Shown piece after piece: positions 50,069-60,682 of a stretch of 64,000 bases of DNA. The first letter of the stretch is position 1. Each line of letters opens with the position of its first letter. The translations under genes were made by a program, and so were the position numbers. A model generated the notes under the pieces. That model ran no database searches and was not told the DNA's origin. It saw only the letters and a list, made by a program, of their open reading frames with translations. Source of the stretch: Candidatus Poribacteria bacterium. Lineage in GTDB: Bacteria; Poribacteria; WGA-4E; WGA-3G. The stretch is from the NCBI GenBank assembly GCA_965198235.1, contig OZ240248.1:576001-640000 (forward strand), written 5' to 3'.

Positions 50069-51646
50069 CTATTCCCACTCAATCGTGCTGGGCGGTTTTG
50101 AACTAATATCGTAGACGACACGGTTGATGCCTTGCACTTCATTGATGATACGGCTGGAGATTCTGGCGAGCACATCGGTCGGTATGCGCGCCCAATCCGC
50201 CGTCATCGCATCACTACTCGTGACCGCTCGGAGTGCGACTGCGTTTTCATACGTCCGTGCGTCGCCCATCACGCCAACGCTTTTGACGGGTAGAAGAACC
50301 GCTAAAGCCTGCCAAATTTCGTCGTACAATCCCGCTTCTTTGATTTCAGAGATAAAGATAGCGTCCGCTGAACGGAGTACCTCTAAACGTTCGTGTGTCA
50401 CCTCACCCAAAATGCGGACGGCGAGTCCCGGTCCCGGAAATGGGTGCCGTCCACGGACATGCGCCGGCACATTCAGTTCTGCACCAACGGCTCGTACCTC
50501 GTCCTTGAAAAGCTCTCTGAAGGGTTCGAGCAGTTCAAACGGCATGTCGGATGGAAGTCCTCCGACATTATGGTGTGTTTTAATCGTAGCCGACGGTCCC
50601 TTCACAGAGACACTCTCTATAACATCGGGATAGAGTGTGCCTTGCGCGAGGAATCGGAAGTTGTGTCCCAATTCTTGCACCGTTGTTTTGAAAGTTTCGA
50701 TGAATTGTGCCCCAATTACCTTTCGCTTCTTTTCTGGATCGGTCACTCCTGCCAACCCATTGAGAAATGGCTCCACTGCGTCAACAGCAACGAGAGGTAT
50801 TCCGAGTTGCTCACAGGTTTTGAGCACTTCAGCGGTTTCGTTCTTCCGGAGGAGACCATTGTCAACAAAAACCGGTACAAGCGCATCTCCGATCGCCTGA
50901 TGTAAGAGCGTCGCCAGCACCATTGAATCGATACCGCCACTAACAGCACACAAGACGCGTTCATCTCCGACCTGTTCCCGTATTTGTGCTGTGGCGCGGG
51001 CGATGAAGGCACGCATTGTCCACGCGTTACGACATCCACAGATGCTACGCGTGAAGTTCGCCAAAATCCGGTCGGCATCCTCGGTATGTTCAACCTCAGG
51101 ATGGAATTGTAATCCGTAAAACGCGCGTGCGGAATCCACCATAGCGGCGATGGGGGCGTTCTGTGTTTGTGCGATTGCTTGGAATCCAACGGGTGGTGCC
51201 TCGATACGATCGCCGTGGCTCATCCAAGCAGAAAATCGTGAGGAAAGTCCTGCGAAAAGTGGGTCAGCTGCGTCAAGCACTTGGAGGGGCGCGTGCCCGT
51301 ATTCTCGTTGCATCGCTGGATGGACTTTTCCACCTGCTAACAGTGCCGCCATGAGTTGCATACCGTAACAGATACCTAATATCGGTGTTTCCAACTCGAA
51401 GAGTTTCGGATCGATTTTTGGGGCATTAGTCTCGTAGACGCTTGCAGGTCCACCGCTGAGAATAATCCCTTTGGGTGCAATGGCTTCTATCTGCGAAAGG
51501 GATAACGTGTACGGATAAATTTCGCAGTAGACATTTTGCTCACGGATGCGTCGGGCAATAAGCTGCGTGTACTGTGAGCCGAAATCCAAAATGAGGATAG
51601 TCTCTTGCTGTGTGGATGCTGTGTTTGTGTTGTTGGTGTTAGTCAT
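50069..51646 (-). CDS. guaA: GMP synthase (glutamine-hydrolysing)
   Basis: [47 protein letters not shown]. Confidence 0.99.
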   Translation of the reverse strand: MTNTNNTNTASTQQETILILDFGSQYTQLIARRIREQNVYCEIYPYTLSLSQIEAIAPKGIILSGGPASVYETNAPKIDPKLFELETPILGICYGMQLMAALLAGGKVHPAMQREYGHAPLQVLDAADPLFAGLSSRFSAWMSHGDRIEAPPVGFQAIAQTQNAPIAAMVDSARAFYGLQFHPEVEHTEDADRILANFTRSICGCRNAWTMRAFIARATAQIREQVGDERVLCAVSGGIDSMVLATLLHQAIGDALVPVFVDNGLLRKNETAEVLKTCEQLGIPLVAVDAVEPFLNGLAGVTDPEKKRKVIGAQFIETFKTTVQELGHNFRFLAQGTLYPDVIESVSVKGPSATIKTHHNVGGLPSDMPFELLEPFRELFKDEVRAVGAELNVPAHVRGRHPFPGPGLAVRILGEVTHERLEVLRSADAIFISEIKEAGLYDEIWQALAVLLPVKSVGVMGDARTYENAVALRAVTSSDAMTADWARIPTDVLARISSRIINEVQGINRVVYDISSKPPSTIEWE

Positions 51647-51793
51647 ATCTTCGATGGCTCAGGTGCTTGTGGTTTTATGGACTATAGTGAATTATAAAAA
51701 TAAGTAGACACTTCCTGGCAGATGCGGTTTCAAACCACACCTACCGCGGTGCCCAAATAATTATAGGCTTTAGCATAAATAACCACTGCTTCT

Positions 51794-52081
51794 CTAACCG
51801 TACGGTACGGTTTCGCAATCGATAATGTCACCCGTCAGCGGCTCGAAAATCGCGCCGTATGCTCCAGGGGGTGCGAAATCGACATCGCTTGACATAGCCA
51901 AACCGGTGTTTGCGTCCTCTAAGTAGTAGCATCCACGGTGCGGATGTCCCGGTGTATTGATGGACCGCAGATGGTAACAGTGGTTGTGGAACTGAATCGT
52001 ATTCCCGTAAATGATGATATATCTATCTCCAAACAAACCCATTGCGATCTGATTGACGAGATAAGGGTCTTTGTGTTGCAC
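51794..52081 (-). CDS. Hypothetical protein
   Basis: 95-aa ORF directly downstream of the OmpA gene on the same strand; no motif recognised. Confidence 0.55.
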   Translation of the reverse strand: MQHKDPYLVNQIAMGLFGDRYIIIYGNTIQFHNHCYHLRSINTPGHPHRGCYYLEDANTGLAMSSDVDFAPPGAYGAIFEPLTGDIIDCETVPYG

Positions 52082-52087
52082 AAGTTC

Positions 52088-53731
52088 TCAGTTCGTCTTG
52101 ATAATTATATCAATCCTGCGGTTTTGTTCCTCTTTGTTCACCCCATCTTCGACGATAGGTTGGGTTTCTCCCAAACCTACAGCGGTGAGGCGTTCTGGAG
52201 CAACACGCTCCTCAACGAGGGACCTCTTGATTGAGTCTGCACGCCCCATACTCACATTTCGATTGACGCTCGCATTTCCCAAGGCACTTGTGTGTACCTC
52301 AATTCGGACGGGATAGCTACTAAAACCCTCCCTACGTAAGACCCTTGCGAGCTGCTCGAATGTCTCAGAAAATTCTTTTTGGAGTTGCGTGCTACCGTGG
52401 GCAAACGCGTTGCCTCTGATACGGATGAGTACACCATCTCTCTGCTCTATAACGGTGGCTTTAGGAATTTGTCTTGCTGCCTTCAGTAAATCTGACTTCG
52501 CCGACGTTATCCGTTGCGTGTTTGCAATGGCGCGCTCCAAATAATCGCTGCCCTCCGCGGAAGCTTTGATAGCCGTCTCATATTCCTTGTTTGCTAATGT
52601 GGTTTTTGCCTTTGCGTAAGCCGTATTGGCAAGCTCATAGAGTCGTGCTTCTAACTGCGGGACCCGTGTGTTTGCTTGTGCTGCGAGTTTTCTTTTTAGG
52701 GTGTCAACCGCTCGTTGCGCTTCCGCCGCACGCCGATCTAACTCCTTCTGTGCGCGTTGTCTAAATTCCGCCGCTTCTGCGATTATGACTGTCTCGTCGG
52801 CGGTTTGTTGTGCTTGCTGCGCAAATTGTTGTGCTTGCTCGTAGCGATTAGTGGCTAATTGCTGTTTCGCGCGCCTCAATTGTCCAGTTGCCTCTTGGAG
52901 CTGCTGCTGCGCGTGTTGACTGGCATTGAGGTATTGCGCACGCTGGATGATTACTTCTGCCTTCGCAATAGAGACTCGCGCGTTCGTCCGTGCTTCCGCC
53001 TCCACCTTCTGGTTTTCCTGCGCCAATTGGTAAAGGTTGTCGCCCAATTTCTGGGCATCCGAGATAGCATTCTCTGCTTCGACGAACGCCTCCTGCTCAA
53101 TGAGGCTGGCTATTGAAGCGATTGATGCTTGGGCGCGCTCATAGTCTGCAGTTGTTTCGATCGCTGGATAAGTATATTTTGAAATATTAACGAGCGATTC
53201 CACATTTGTGAGTGACAGGCGGAGTTCCGTTTGACGTAGCGATGTTTTTAAATGCGTGATTTTCGTTGAAAGTTGTTCTGTCTGCTGTTGTCCTCTGTCG
53301 CGGGAACTCAACGCACGGGCGAGCTGCTCCTCAAGGATTGCCGCACGGATACGCGCGATTTCGAGTTCGTGCTCGTGTGCCTTTATAATTTGTTGGTATA
53401 TCTGTTCTCGGATGGCAACGGCATTTTGCCGAGCGTGATGCTGCCGCGCTTTTGCGCCGGCGATCTGTGCGACTAACTCTGCCTGATACGCAAATTCAGC
53501 ACTTTGGGGAATGTCGCCTTTTTCTTGCGAGTTCCGAGCGAAATTCAGAAGTTTCACTGCACGCCCGAATTCCTCTGGCACCACAGGTTCAGCATCCAAT
53601 GCAGCTGCATTATTGATCGCCTGCTGCGCGTCTTGGAGTTGTGTCGCGAGCATAACTTCATCGATCTCCGGTGCGATGCATCCGGATGCGATAAGGCATG
53701 TAGCTAAAAGTAGCAATCCGTAATATTTCAT
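52088..53731 (-). CDS. Lipoprotein with DUF4398-like coiled-coil repeats and C-terminal OmpA-like domain
   Basis: Lipobox ASGC; F..GSTQL, EVHTS..GN..VN..VS..RA, GLGETQPI..NRRIDI. Confidence 0.85.
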   Translation of the reverse strand: MKYYGLLLLATCLIASGCIAPEIDEVMLATQLQDAQQAINNAAALDAEPVVPEEFGRAVKLLNFARNSQEKGDIPQSAEFAYQAELVAQIAGAKARQHHARQNAVAIREQIYQQIIKAHEHELEIARIRAAILEEQLARALSSRDRGQQQTEQLSTKITHLKTSLRQTELRLSLTNVESLVNISKYTYPAIETTADYERAQASIASIASLIEQEAFVEAENAISDAQKLGDNLYQLAQENQKVEAEARTNARVSIAKAEVIIQRAQYLNASQHAQQQLQEATGQLRRAKQQLATNRYEQAQQFAQQAQQTADETVIIAEAAEFRQRAQKELDRRAAEAQRAVDTLKRKLAAQANTRVPQLEARLYELANTAYAKAKTTLANKEYETAIKASAEGSDYLERAIANTQRITSAKSDLLKAARQIPKATVIEQRDGVLIRIRGNAFAHGSTQLQKEFSETFEQLARVLRREGFSSYPVRIEVHTSALGNASVNRNVSMGRADSIKRSLVEERVAPERLTAVGLGETQPIVEDGVNKEEQNRRIDIIIKTN

Positions 53732-53813
53732 CGGTTTCCCTCGTGTCGCGCAAACCTGGGATTCCCGGTTGCATATCCATTCAGTCGTTCTGCAGTTATA
53801 GCACTTGATTTCC

Positions 53814-54218
53814 TTAGAATTTCTGTAACGCCTCAAGTTCAACTTTCATAGCCTCAAGCCTTTGGCGCACTTCGTCAACGTTCTGCTCGGTGAGTGTGAG
53901 CTGCGCTTGTGCCTCTTGAACGTTTGCTTCCTCGCGAATCGCGATGGCGATCTCAGTTGCGATTCGCGCGTGAAGATACGCGCGTAGTGCGAGTCGATAT
54001 GCCTGCTCTACATCACCAGCATTCATTGCGTTTTCAGCCGTGACAAGCATCTCTTGAGCGGTGCGTAACGGGGTACCGGCAGTCTCCTGTGCCCCCATAG
54101 CGTTGGCGGAGGTGAGTGCTACCTGAGCGTTTTCCATCGTTTCCACGGCGAGTTGCTGTAACTGTCCGCCACACCCAAGTAAAGCAGTTAGCGCGATGAG
54201 CCAAACTATCCATTTCAT
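53814..54218 (-). CDS. DUF4398-like lipoprotein
   Basis: Lipobox LLGC; A..GA..A..L..A...L..A pattern; usual pairing with an OmpA protein. Confidence 0.75.
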   Translation of the reverse strand: MKWIVWLIALTALLGCGGQLQQLAVETMENAQVALTSANAMGAQETAGTPLRTAQEMLVTAENAMNAGDVEQAYRLALRAYLHARIATEIAIAIREEANVQEAQAQLTLTEQNVDEVRQRLEAMKVELEALQKF

Positions 54219-54318
54219 TGTTAATTGTTTCCTGTCTGTTTTGCGAAGGCACTATTTTATTAAGTTATTGGGTTTCCGAAGCGAGTTAAAAAACGAATGA
54301 GTGGGTAGTTCTTGGATT

Positions 54319-54369
54319 AAAAAAACCTCGCTTGGGTGATGCGCGCTGCAGCACCCTAAGGCGAGGCTT
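54319..54369 (-). terminator. Terminator after rpmA
   Basis: CCTCGC..GGGTG...CACCC..GCGAGG hairpin with T tract on the minus strand. Confidence 0.7.
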
Positions 54370-54400
54370 CTGGTCGTTGATTCCTGAGACGGTATACCCG

Positions 54401-54667
54401 CTAAAATTCAGGACGCTCTGTATAGACACTCACCTTCCGGCGATATTTGTCTTTTCGCTCAAACCATACATATCCATCAATTTTCGAGAAGAGCGTATAG
54501 TCCTTTCCGACCCCAACGTTGTTTCCGGGATGGATGTGCGTTCCACGCTGTCGGGTGAGAATGCTCCCTGCGGTGACATAATTTCCGGAAAATCTTTTGA
54601 CACCGAGTCGTTTTCCGATACTGTCGCGTCCGTTCCGAGTGCTTCCGCCGCCTTTCTTATGAGCCAT
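54401..54667 (-). CDS. rpmA: 50S ribosomal protein L27
   Basis: [34 protein letters not shown]. Confidence 0.98.
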   Translation of the reverse strand: MAHKKGGGSTRNGRDSIGKRLGVKRFSGNYVTAGSILTRQRGTHIHPGNNVGVGKDYTLFSKIDGYVWFERKDKYRRKVSVYTERPEF

Positions 54668-54995
54668 CAGATTGTTCCTCCACCGCGCCAATCGCGGTAA
54701 TTTTCACGCGTGTAAATGATTGACGGTGCCCCAACTTGCGTTTGTAACCTTTACGGCGTTTCGATTTGAACACAACCATCTTTTTTCCGCGTGCCTGTTG
54801 GACCACTTCGGCTGTAACTGAAGTATCGTCAAGATAGGGCGAGCCGGCTTGTAACTGACCATCATCGCCAGCGACAGCCAGAACGGATGAGAATGTGACG
54901 CTAGCACCGACCTCTGCATCGAGTTTTTCAACATCGATCAGGTTTCCGACCTCTACCCGATGCTGTTTCCCCCCGCTCGCAAAGACTGCATACAT
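54657..54995 (-). CDS. rplU: 50S ribosomal protein L21
   Basis: [31 protein letters not shown]. Confidence 0.98.
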   Translation of the reverse strand: MYAVFASGGKQHRVEVGNLIDVEKLDAEVGASVTFSSVLAVAGDDGQLQAGSPYLDDTSVTAEVVQQARGKKMVVFKSKRRKGYKRKLGHRQSFTRVKITAIGAVEEQSDGS

Positions 54996-55104
54996 TTTTA
55001 TATATCACTCCTTTCTGATTAAATTATACCCTAAAAACGCGTCGATGTCAATTCAGATTTGCAATTCGTTACAGGTCCCACCTTAGCAGGTACCTTCCAT
55101 TACG

Positions 55105-56685
55105 TTAATCGAGAAACAATTCTTCACCTTTTCCGACGAAGATTCGGTAATCTTCGAGGTGCAAGTCGGCATCAGGTTCCAGAATGAGATCTAATTTTAA
55201 TGACTTCTTAAGTTCTCGCAATTTATTCGACATCTGCGACTTTATATGCGAGACGACATAGTCATTAGCGATAACACGTAATTGGGACTGGCGGGTTTGT
55301 TTATGCGCCATCTTTATCGCACGTAGCAACTGAATGACGACGGTTTCGACGGATAGAATAGTGCCATGTCCGTCGCAGTAGGGACACTCCTCCATCAATA
55401 GGGTAGAGAGGCTTGGACGGGTGCGTTGGCGTGTCATCTCGACGAGTCCTAAATCTGAAAAATGAAGGATATTTGTGCGGGCACGGTCCTTCCGGAGTGC
55501 TTCCTGTAGCATTTTAAAGACCCGTTTCCGATGCGAAGCCTCTTCCATATCAATAAAATCAACGACGATAATCCCACCCAAATCTCGTAATTGAATTTGG
55601 CGGACGACCTCCTCGACAGCCTCAAGGTTAGCACTGAGAATAGTGTTATCTGGATCAGATTTTCCAACGAATCGACCGGTGTTGACATCAATCGAGACCA
55701 TGGCTTCAGTCTGTTGGATGATAATATGTCCTCCACACTTGAGCCAAATTTTCTCACTGAGTGCCTCCTTGAGTGCGCGTTCAACACCGTAAGCCTCAAA
55801 GAGCATTGGGTCCTCCCGATAGAGCGAAACCCGAGCTTGCAGATTGGGCATGACGGAGGAAACGTATTCCATTGTCTCCTGGTACCCTGGGTCTGAATCG
55901 ATAAGCAGTTGCTTGACCTCCTTCGTGAGCATATCCCGGACGATCCTGTTGGTAAAACTGAGGTCTTTACTAACGAGACTGGGGGCAGATTTTCTGTCTG
56001 CGCGTGTGCATATCTGTTTCCATTGATCGATAAGGTATCGGATTTCGGCTGCGAACTCGGTTTCGTTCAATCCTTCAGCGGCAGTACGGATGATAAATCC
56101 ACCTTCAACATCGGCTTTCACTGCCTTTGCCATGTTACGGAGTCTGTCCCTTTCAGTGGCAGACTCAATGCGTCGTGATACGCCGATATTCGAGGAATTG
56201 GGCATGTAGACGACATAACGTCCGGGGAGTGTGATGTTACTGGTAACCCGCGCCCCCTTTGTTCCGATAGGCTCCTTGCCGACTTGAACGAGGAGTTCCT
56301 GTTTCTTTGAAATGAGGTCACTTATGAGAAATGGGAACCCGCGTCCACCGCGTGTTTGTTTGGATTGCTTTTTCTTCAGATCCAATATTGCGGTGTTTTT
56401 GTTGGATTTTCGGTCTCCGTTCTGCTTCCCATTTGCGTCCTCATCTTCGTCAGCATGCTCATATTTGAGATCGGAAATATGTAGGAAGGCATGCCGTTCC
56501 AATCCGATGTCAACGAATGCTACCTGCATTCCGGGTAGTACGTTCTCAACGCGTCCTTTGTAGAGATTCCCCAATGTTTGCGTCGCTGCTTTCCGTTCAA
56601 TGTAAATTTCATTCAGCACCCCCTGCTCAAGTACCGCACAGCGTGTTTCATACTCATCATCAGAAATAAGTATTTCCTTTTCCAT
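55105..56685 (-). CDS. rng: Ribonuclease G/E family
   Basis: GNLYKGRV..VLPGMQVAFVDIG, KEPIGTKGARV, IDVNTG, LRDLGGIIVVDFIDM, CPYCDG. Confidence 0.95.
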   Translation of the reverse strand: MEKEILISDDEYETRCAVLEQGVLNEIYIERKAATQTLGNLYKGRVENVLPGMQVAFVDIGLERHAFLHISDLKYEHADEDEDANGKQNGDRKSNKNTAILDLKKKQSKQTRGGRGFPFLISDLISKKQELLVQVGKEPIGTKGARVTSNITLPGRYVVYMPNSSNIGVSRRIESATERDRLRNMAKAVKADVEGGFIIRTAAEGLNETEFAAEIRYLIDQWKQICTRADRKSAPSLVSKDLSFTNRIVRDMLTKEVKQLLIDSDPGYQETMEYVSSVMPNLQARVSLYREDPMLFEAYGVERALKEALSEKIWLKCGGHIIIQQTEAMVSIDVNTGRFVGKSDPDNTILSANLEAVEEVVRQIQLRDLGGIIVVDFIDMEEASHRKRVFKMLQEALRKDRARTNILHFSDLGLVEMTRQRTRPSLSTLLMEECPYCDGHGTILSVETVVIQLLRAIKMAHKQTRQSQLRVIANDYVVSHIKSQMSNKLRELKKSLKLDLILEPDADLHLEDYRIFVGKGEELFLD

Positions 56686-56693
56686 TAAATATT

Positions 56694-57092
56694 CAAGAAA
56701 CCTGAGCCCCTATCTTTAGGTAGGAGCGGAAGGTTTCCCCCTCCTTTTTGTTTTTATAGCATATATTTATTGATTGATGCTATAATATTCTTAGAGAAGT
56801 TCGATCACACAGCAGTTGTGTATAAGGTTGTCCGCAGGTCGCAGAACGTCTATATCTTGCGGAGCGTAAAACTGAAAAAGGTATACTCTTTCACCACCAA
56901 TAGACCCTCTTGAGTGTAATGGATGCGAGGAAGTAAAACACCCGATCCGAAAAACGCACTCTCAAACTAAAATAGTCGCTATATGTGAGAGGGCTGCTTG
57001 CGCTCCCTTTGTGGAGTAGATGTAAGACCTTCCGCGGAAGGCTAACTATGATGAAGCACAAGCTCCACCCTTCAGGGTGTGGGTGCCTTGAC
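56694..57092 (+). mobile_element. Non-autonomous, non-coding mini IS200/IS605 derivative retaining left end, promoter and omegaRNA-like right end
   Basis: Left end CAAGAAACC..CCTATCTTTAGGTAGG..GGTTTC; right end TGTAAGACC..GATGAAGCACAAGCTCCACCCTTCAGGGTGTGGGTGCCTTGAC; no ORF of 60 aa or more. Confidence 0.72.
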
Positions 57093-57184
57093 TATTACCT
57101 TCTATCGTACCTTTTTTCAAATCGAGAGTAGAACTCGCTTCTACAGAAGAACTATCTATCTCATCTCGGCTTGCCAGCTGCGTC

Positions 57185-58753
57185 TTACAGCCGCGGTGTC
57201 AACGTTACGACAGGCGTTATGAGTTCACCCATCGAGATACCGCCGTGCTGGAACCCTCCTTGAAACTGCCGTTTATACTTATAAAAATCGTTCGGATAGA
57301 CGAAATAATAATCGTCTTTCGCGAGAATGTAGTCCTTGCTTGCGTTTTCCGCCGGTAGTCGGTATTCCTTTGGGTTTCGGAGATATACCGCTTCGCCTTC
57401 TTCGCATCCTAAGTTAGAGCCGATTTTAAACCGGAGGCTGGTGGTAGTCTCACGATTACCGTAAGCGCGGGTTGCTCGGTTACAGAAGACAGAGCCATGA
57501 TCGCTGGTGAGGACTACAGTTGCGTTTTGTGCTGCAATAATGCGTAAAATATCGAAAAGTACCGAATGCGAGAACCATGAGCGCGCCAGAGCCCGAAAAG
57601 CGGATTCATCAGGGGCAAGCTGCTGTAGAACATCGGATTGCGAGCGCTGATGGGTCAAGATGTCAATGAAATTGATAACCAGTGCTGAGAGACTCACGCG
57701 CGTGTTCGCTGCGACCCGTTTTTTGTAGGTGTTGCCACCTCGGGCATCAAAAATCTTGAAGTATTGGATTCCGGGCTTCAGTTTGATACCCCTGCGCTTC
57801 AGATGTGCTTCGAGGAACTGGCGTTCGTACCGATTTGTACTTGTGTCCCCATCAGATTCTTCCTGCCAGTACTGTGGATAGCGTTCGGCAATCTCTAGTG
57901 GGAACAAGCCGCTGAAGAGGGCATTTCGTGCATACATTGTCGCACTCGGTAGGATTGAAAAACTATATTGACGGTCGATAGAGAAATAAGGGTACAAGAG
58001 TGATTCCACTGCCAACCAATGGTCTAAGCGGAAGCAGTCAACCACAATAAAATAAACAGATTTTCCGGCTTGAAGTTGAGGGATAACATGCCCGTCGAGA
58101 ACGTTGACCGATAACGGTGGTGCGTCTGCGCTACCTGCGACCCAATCAGGATAATGCGTTGCGACAAAGTCAGAGAATTCGGCATTGCACTCTTTCTTCT
58201 GTGCAAGATGTGTTTCCTCTAACCCACCCTCGGCTAACTTTTCAGATACCAGATCCCATTGTAATAATTTCACATAGATATTGACCCAGTCTTGCCAACT
58301 CGGCGACGAGTCCTTCATCGCGCGGATAGCGTTGAAATCTGTCGTGTACCGACTCGGAATTTGATTTATGACTATCTGCGGCTGATCGAGGACGCGCTTT
58401 AGCGTTGAGACGATCTGGGCTACACCGATCGGTTTCACCAAGAAATCGGTTACCTGCTTGCCAAGAGCGACCTCAACAAATTGTTCATCGCTGGATTGAG
58501 TGACGAGGATGACTGGGATTTGTGCATTGATGGTACGGATTGCATCGAGCGTTGCCATTCCATCTTTACCGGGCATCACCTGGTCAAGTAGGATAGCACT
58601 GTACTGTGTATCACCGCGCGTTAAAAGCGCGATGCCGTCTTCACCATTTGTCGCGGGTGTGACGGCATAACCTCGGTCGCGCAGCACAAGAATATGCGGT
58701 TGCAACGCTTCTATTTCATCATCAATCCATAAGATTTGGTGTGTTTGCGACAT
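57185..58753 (-). CDS. porX: PorX-like response regulator (receiver + PglZ alkaline-phosphatase domain)
   Basis: ILWIDDEIEAL, LLDQVMPG, VVDCFRLDHW, LPSATMYARNALFSG, TSDHG, FQHGGISMGE. Confidence 0.85.
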   Translation of the reverse strand: MSQTHQILWIDDEIEALQPHILVLRDRGYAVTPATNGEDGIALLTRGDTQYSAILLDQVMPGKDGMATLDAIRTINAQIPVILVTQSSDEQFVEVALGKQVTDFLVKPIGVAQIVSTLKRVLDQPQIVINQIPSRYTTDFNAIRAMKDSSPSWQDWVNIYVKLLQWDLVSEKLAEGGLEETHLAQKKECNAEFSDFVATHYPDWVAGSADAPPLSVNVLDGHVIPQLQAGKSVYFIVVDCFRLDHWLAVESLLYPYFSIDRQYSFSILPSATMYARNALFSGLFPLEIAERYPQYWQEESDGDTSTNRYERQFLEAHLKRRGIKLKPGIQYFKIFDARGGNTYKKRVAANTRVSLSALVINFIDILTHQRSQSDVLQQLAPDESAFRALARSWFSHSVLFDILRIIAAQNATVVLTSDHGSVFCNRATRAYGNRETTTSLRFKIGSNLGCEEGEAVYLRNPKEYRLPAENASKDYILAKDDYYFVYPNDFYKYKRQFQGGFQHGGISMGELITPVVTLTPRL

Positions 58754-58881
58754 ACGTAAGTTTTCAAAATCTGCTCAGGTGCGGTATCGTGCCCAATTAA
58801 CGCGAGTGAAAGTTTTCTCCTCAGCGGAAGCAGGAAAAATGCACAGGTAATTATTTTGCCTACAACGACTGTTAATGTGGG

Positions 58882-60390
58882 CTACACGACTGGCAGCCGA
58901 ATTTCAAAAGTTGTTCCGTCAGGACTCGTTTTAATCATGCGGATGCTTCCGCGATGGTACTCACCGATGATCCGATGTACGACAGTCAATCCGAGTCCCC
59001 ATCCGTGTGCCTTGGTAGACATCCCCGGTTCAAAGATCTTTCGCTGATTTTCGCGGGCGATCCCGCTTCCATTGTCCGCATACTGGATAACAACATCGCT
59101 GCGTCGTTTGTCATACGTTGGTTCAATCTGGACCCATCCGTCCGCTTTGTCCATGGCATCCAACGAATTACGAATTAAGTTTTCAAACACCCAGTGCAGT
59201 AATTGCGCGTTTGCGAGTATAGGCGGTGTTTTATGCAGTCTCAATCGGATTTCAACGCGTCGACTAATATGCGGCAGCCGTTTTTCAAAATATGCTCGGA
59301 CTTCTTCAAATACTTCATCCATATTTACTTCGGTAAGAGGTGGCTGCGTGCCAATCATACCGAAGCGCGCCGTTGTTTTCTGCAAACGCTCCAGATCGTT
59401 TCTCATACTTTCGGAGAGTTCAGCGAGTGCTACATCATTTTTCTCTTTACTCCGTTCATGCAGAAGTTCTGTCCATGCCAACAGCGACGAGATAGGTGTT
59501 CCGAGTTGATGCGCGGTCTCTTTGGCTAAGCCTCCCCAGATTGCCGAGTGTTCATAAGACTTTATCCGTTGATAGACGAGGAAACAGACAGTTCCAAATG
59601 CGAATAGGACTACCGGTGCTATGAGCGGCACGACCAATCCATAGTATGGTTTACTTTCATAATAGAAGTAGCCCTTGTGCCATTCGGGTGTTGTTTCAAT
59701 CACAGAGGATGCCGGTGCGTTCTGAATGAAAATTTTCGCTCGTTCCTGTTCCTCCGCAGTTGCCTGATCCGCAGTAATAACATCGCCCCATATCTGCCAT
59801 TTCTGAGGTGTGCCAGTGGTATCGGTTATCACAAAAGGCAGATGCGCCATTTCACTGGGTGCGGCATCGCCATAGTAAGTATACCCCTTTAACTGCCTGT
59901 CTTCAAGGAGCATGTGTATTTCACGAGGCAGATGTTTTTTTTTCATGCGCGCCAATGTTGACTGTAGTAAAGCGCGCTCACTTTGTGTTAACGAAATTTC
60001 CTCATTTTGGTTGACCTTGATATCCAAACTGTCGATCTTTGCGTCTAATTGTTGGTCAACTCCTCGTGTAATCCAGACGTTTTCCTGTGCATCCGTGATG
60101 ATAAACGAGAAGGTGCGCGATCTGTCTTCAGCGAATGACTTTTTGACGATCGCAATTAACTTCTGTTGTAACCCTCGGTTTTCAACGCCGGGGATTTCCG
60201 CTGCGAGATCAGCGAAAAGGTCTATCTGGGCTTCTATATCGGCATTCAGCCGAGAAATCTGTTGGGCATAATGAAAGAACCCAAATATTAGTGCTCCCAA
60301 TCCGACGATGAAGTAAACGAGTATTAAACGGGTGGTCGTATACCCAGGGATAATTCGACGATTCAACCGCAACTTCGTATTCCTCCGCAC
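58882..60390 (-). CDS. Sensor histidine kinase
   Basis: Two TM helices; AKETAHQLGTPISSL H-box; ENLIRNSLDAM, DNGSGI, GWGLGL. Confidence 0.93.
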   Translation of the reverse strand: MRRNTKLRLNRRIIPGYTTTRLILVYFIVGLGALIFGFFHYAQQISRLNADIEAQIDLFADLAAEIPGVENRGLQQKLIAIVKKSFAEDRSRTFSFIITDAQENVWITRGVDQQLDAKIDSLDIKVNQNEEISLTQSERALLQSTLARMKKKHLPREIHMLLEDRQLKGYTYYGDAAPSEMAHLPFVITDTTGTPQKWQIWGDVITADQATAEEQERAKIFIQNAPASSVIETTPEWHKGYFYYESKPYYGLVVPLIAPVVLFAFGTVCFLVYQRIKSYEHSAIWGGLAKETAHQLGTPISSLLAWTELLHERSKEKNDVALAELSESMRNDLERLQKTTARFGMIGTQPPLTEVNMDEVFEEVRAYFEKRLPHISRRVEIRLRLHKTPPILANAQLLHWVFENLIRNSLDAMDKADGWVQIEPTYDKRRSDVVIQYADNGSGIARENQRKIFEPGMSTKAHGWGLGLTVVHRIIGEYHRGSIRMIKTSPDGTTFEIRLPVV

Positions 60391-60682
60391 AAATCGGATG
60401 CAACATGTTTGCCTATTGATTGTCTACGTGTTAATTAATGGTATCACTTTTAAAAGGAAATTGCAAGTCTATTTTGATTCAAGCGTGTTTTGTGCCGATT
60501 TTTCTGGCGAGCCTGTTCTTTTTTGGAGAAAGTGAAGTTTACAGAAAAGCGAAAACTGAATATCCTCAATCAAACCACATATCGCTTGATTTTTTCGGAT
60601 AAATCGGGTAAAATGGAAGTATGTTCTGTAATATGAGTCGCTTCTACAGTGAAATGGAAACGCAAATTAGAAATGGAAACAT

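Noticed and set aside
56694-57092. Group I intron/IStron
   Set aside because: No convincing P7 core; element is antisense to rng and outside its coding sequence
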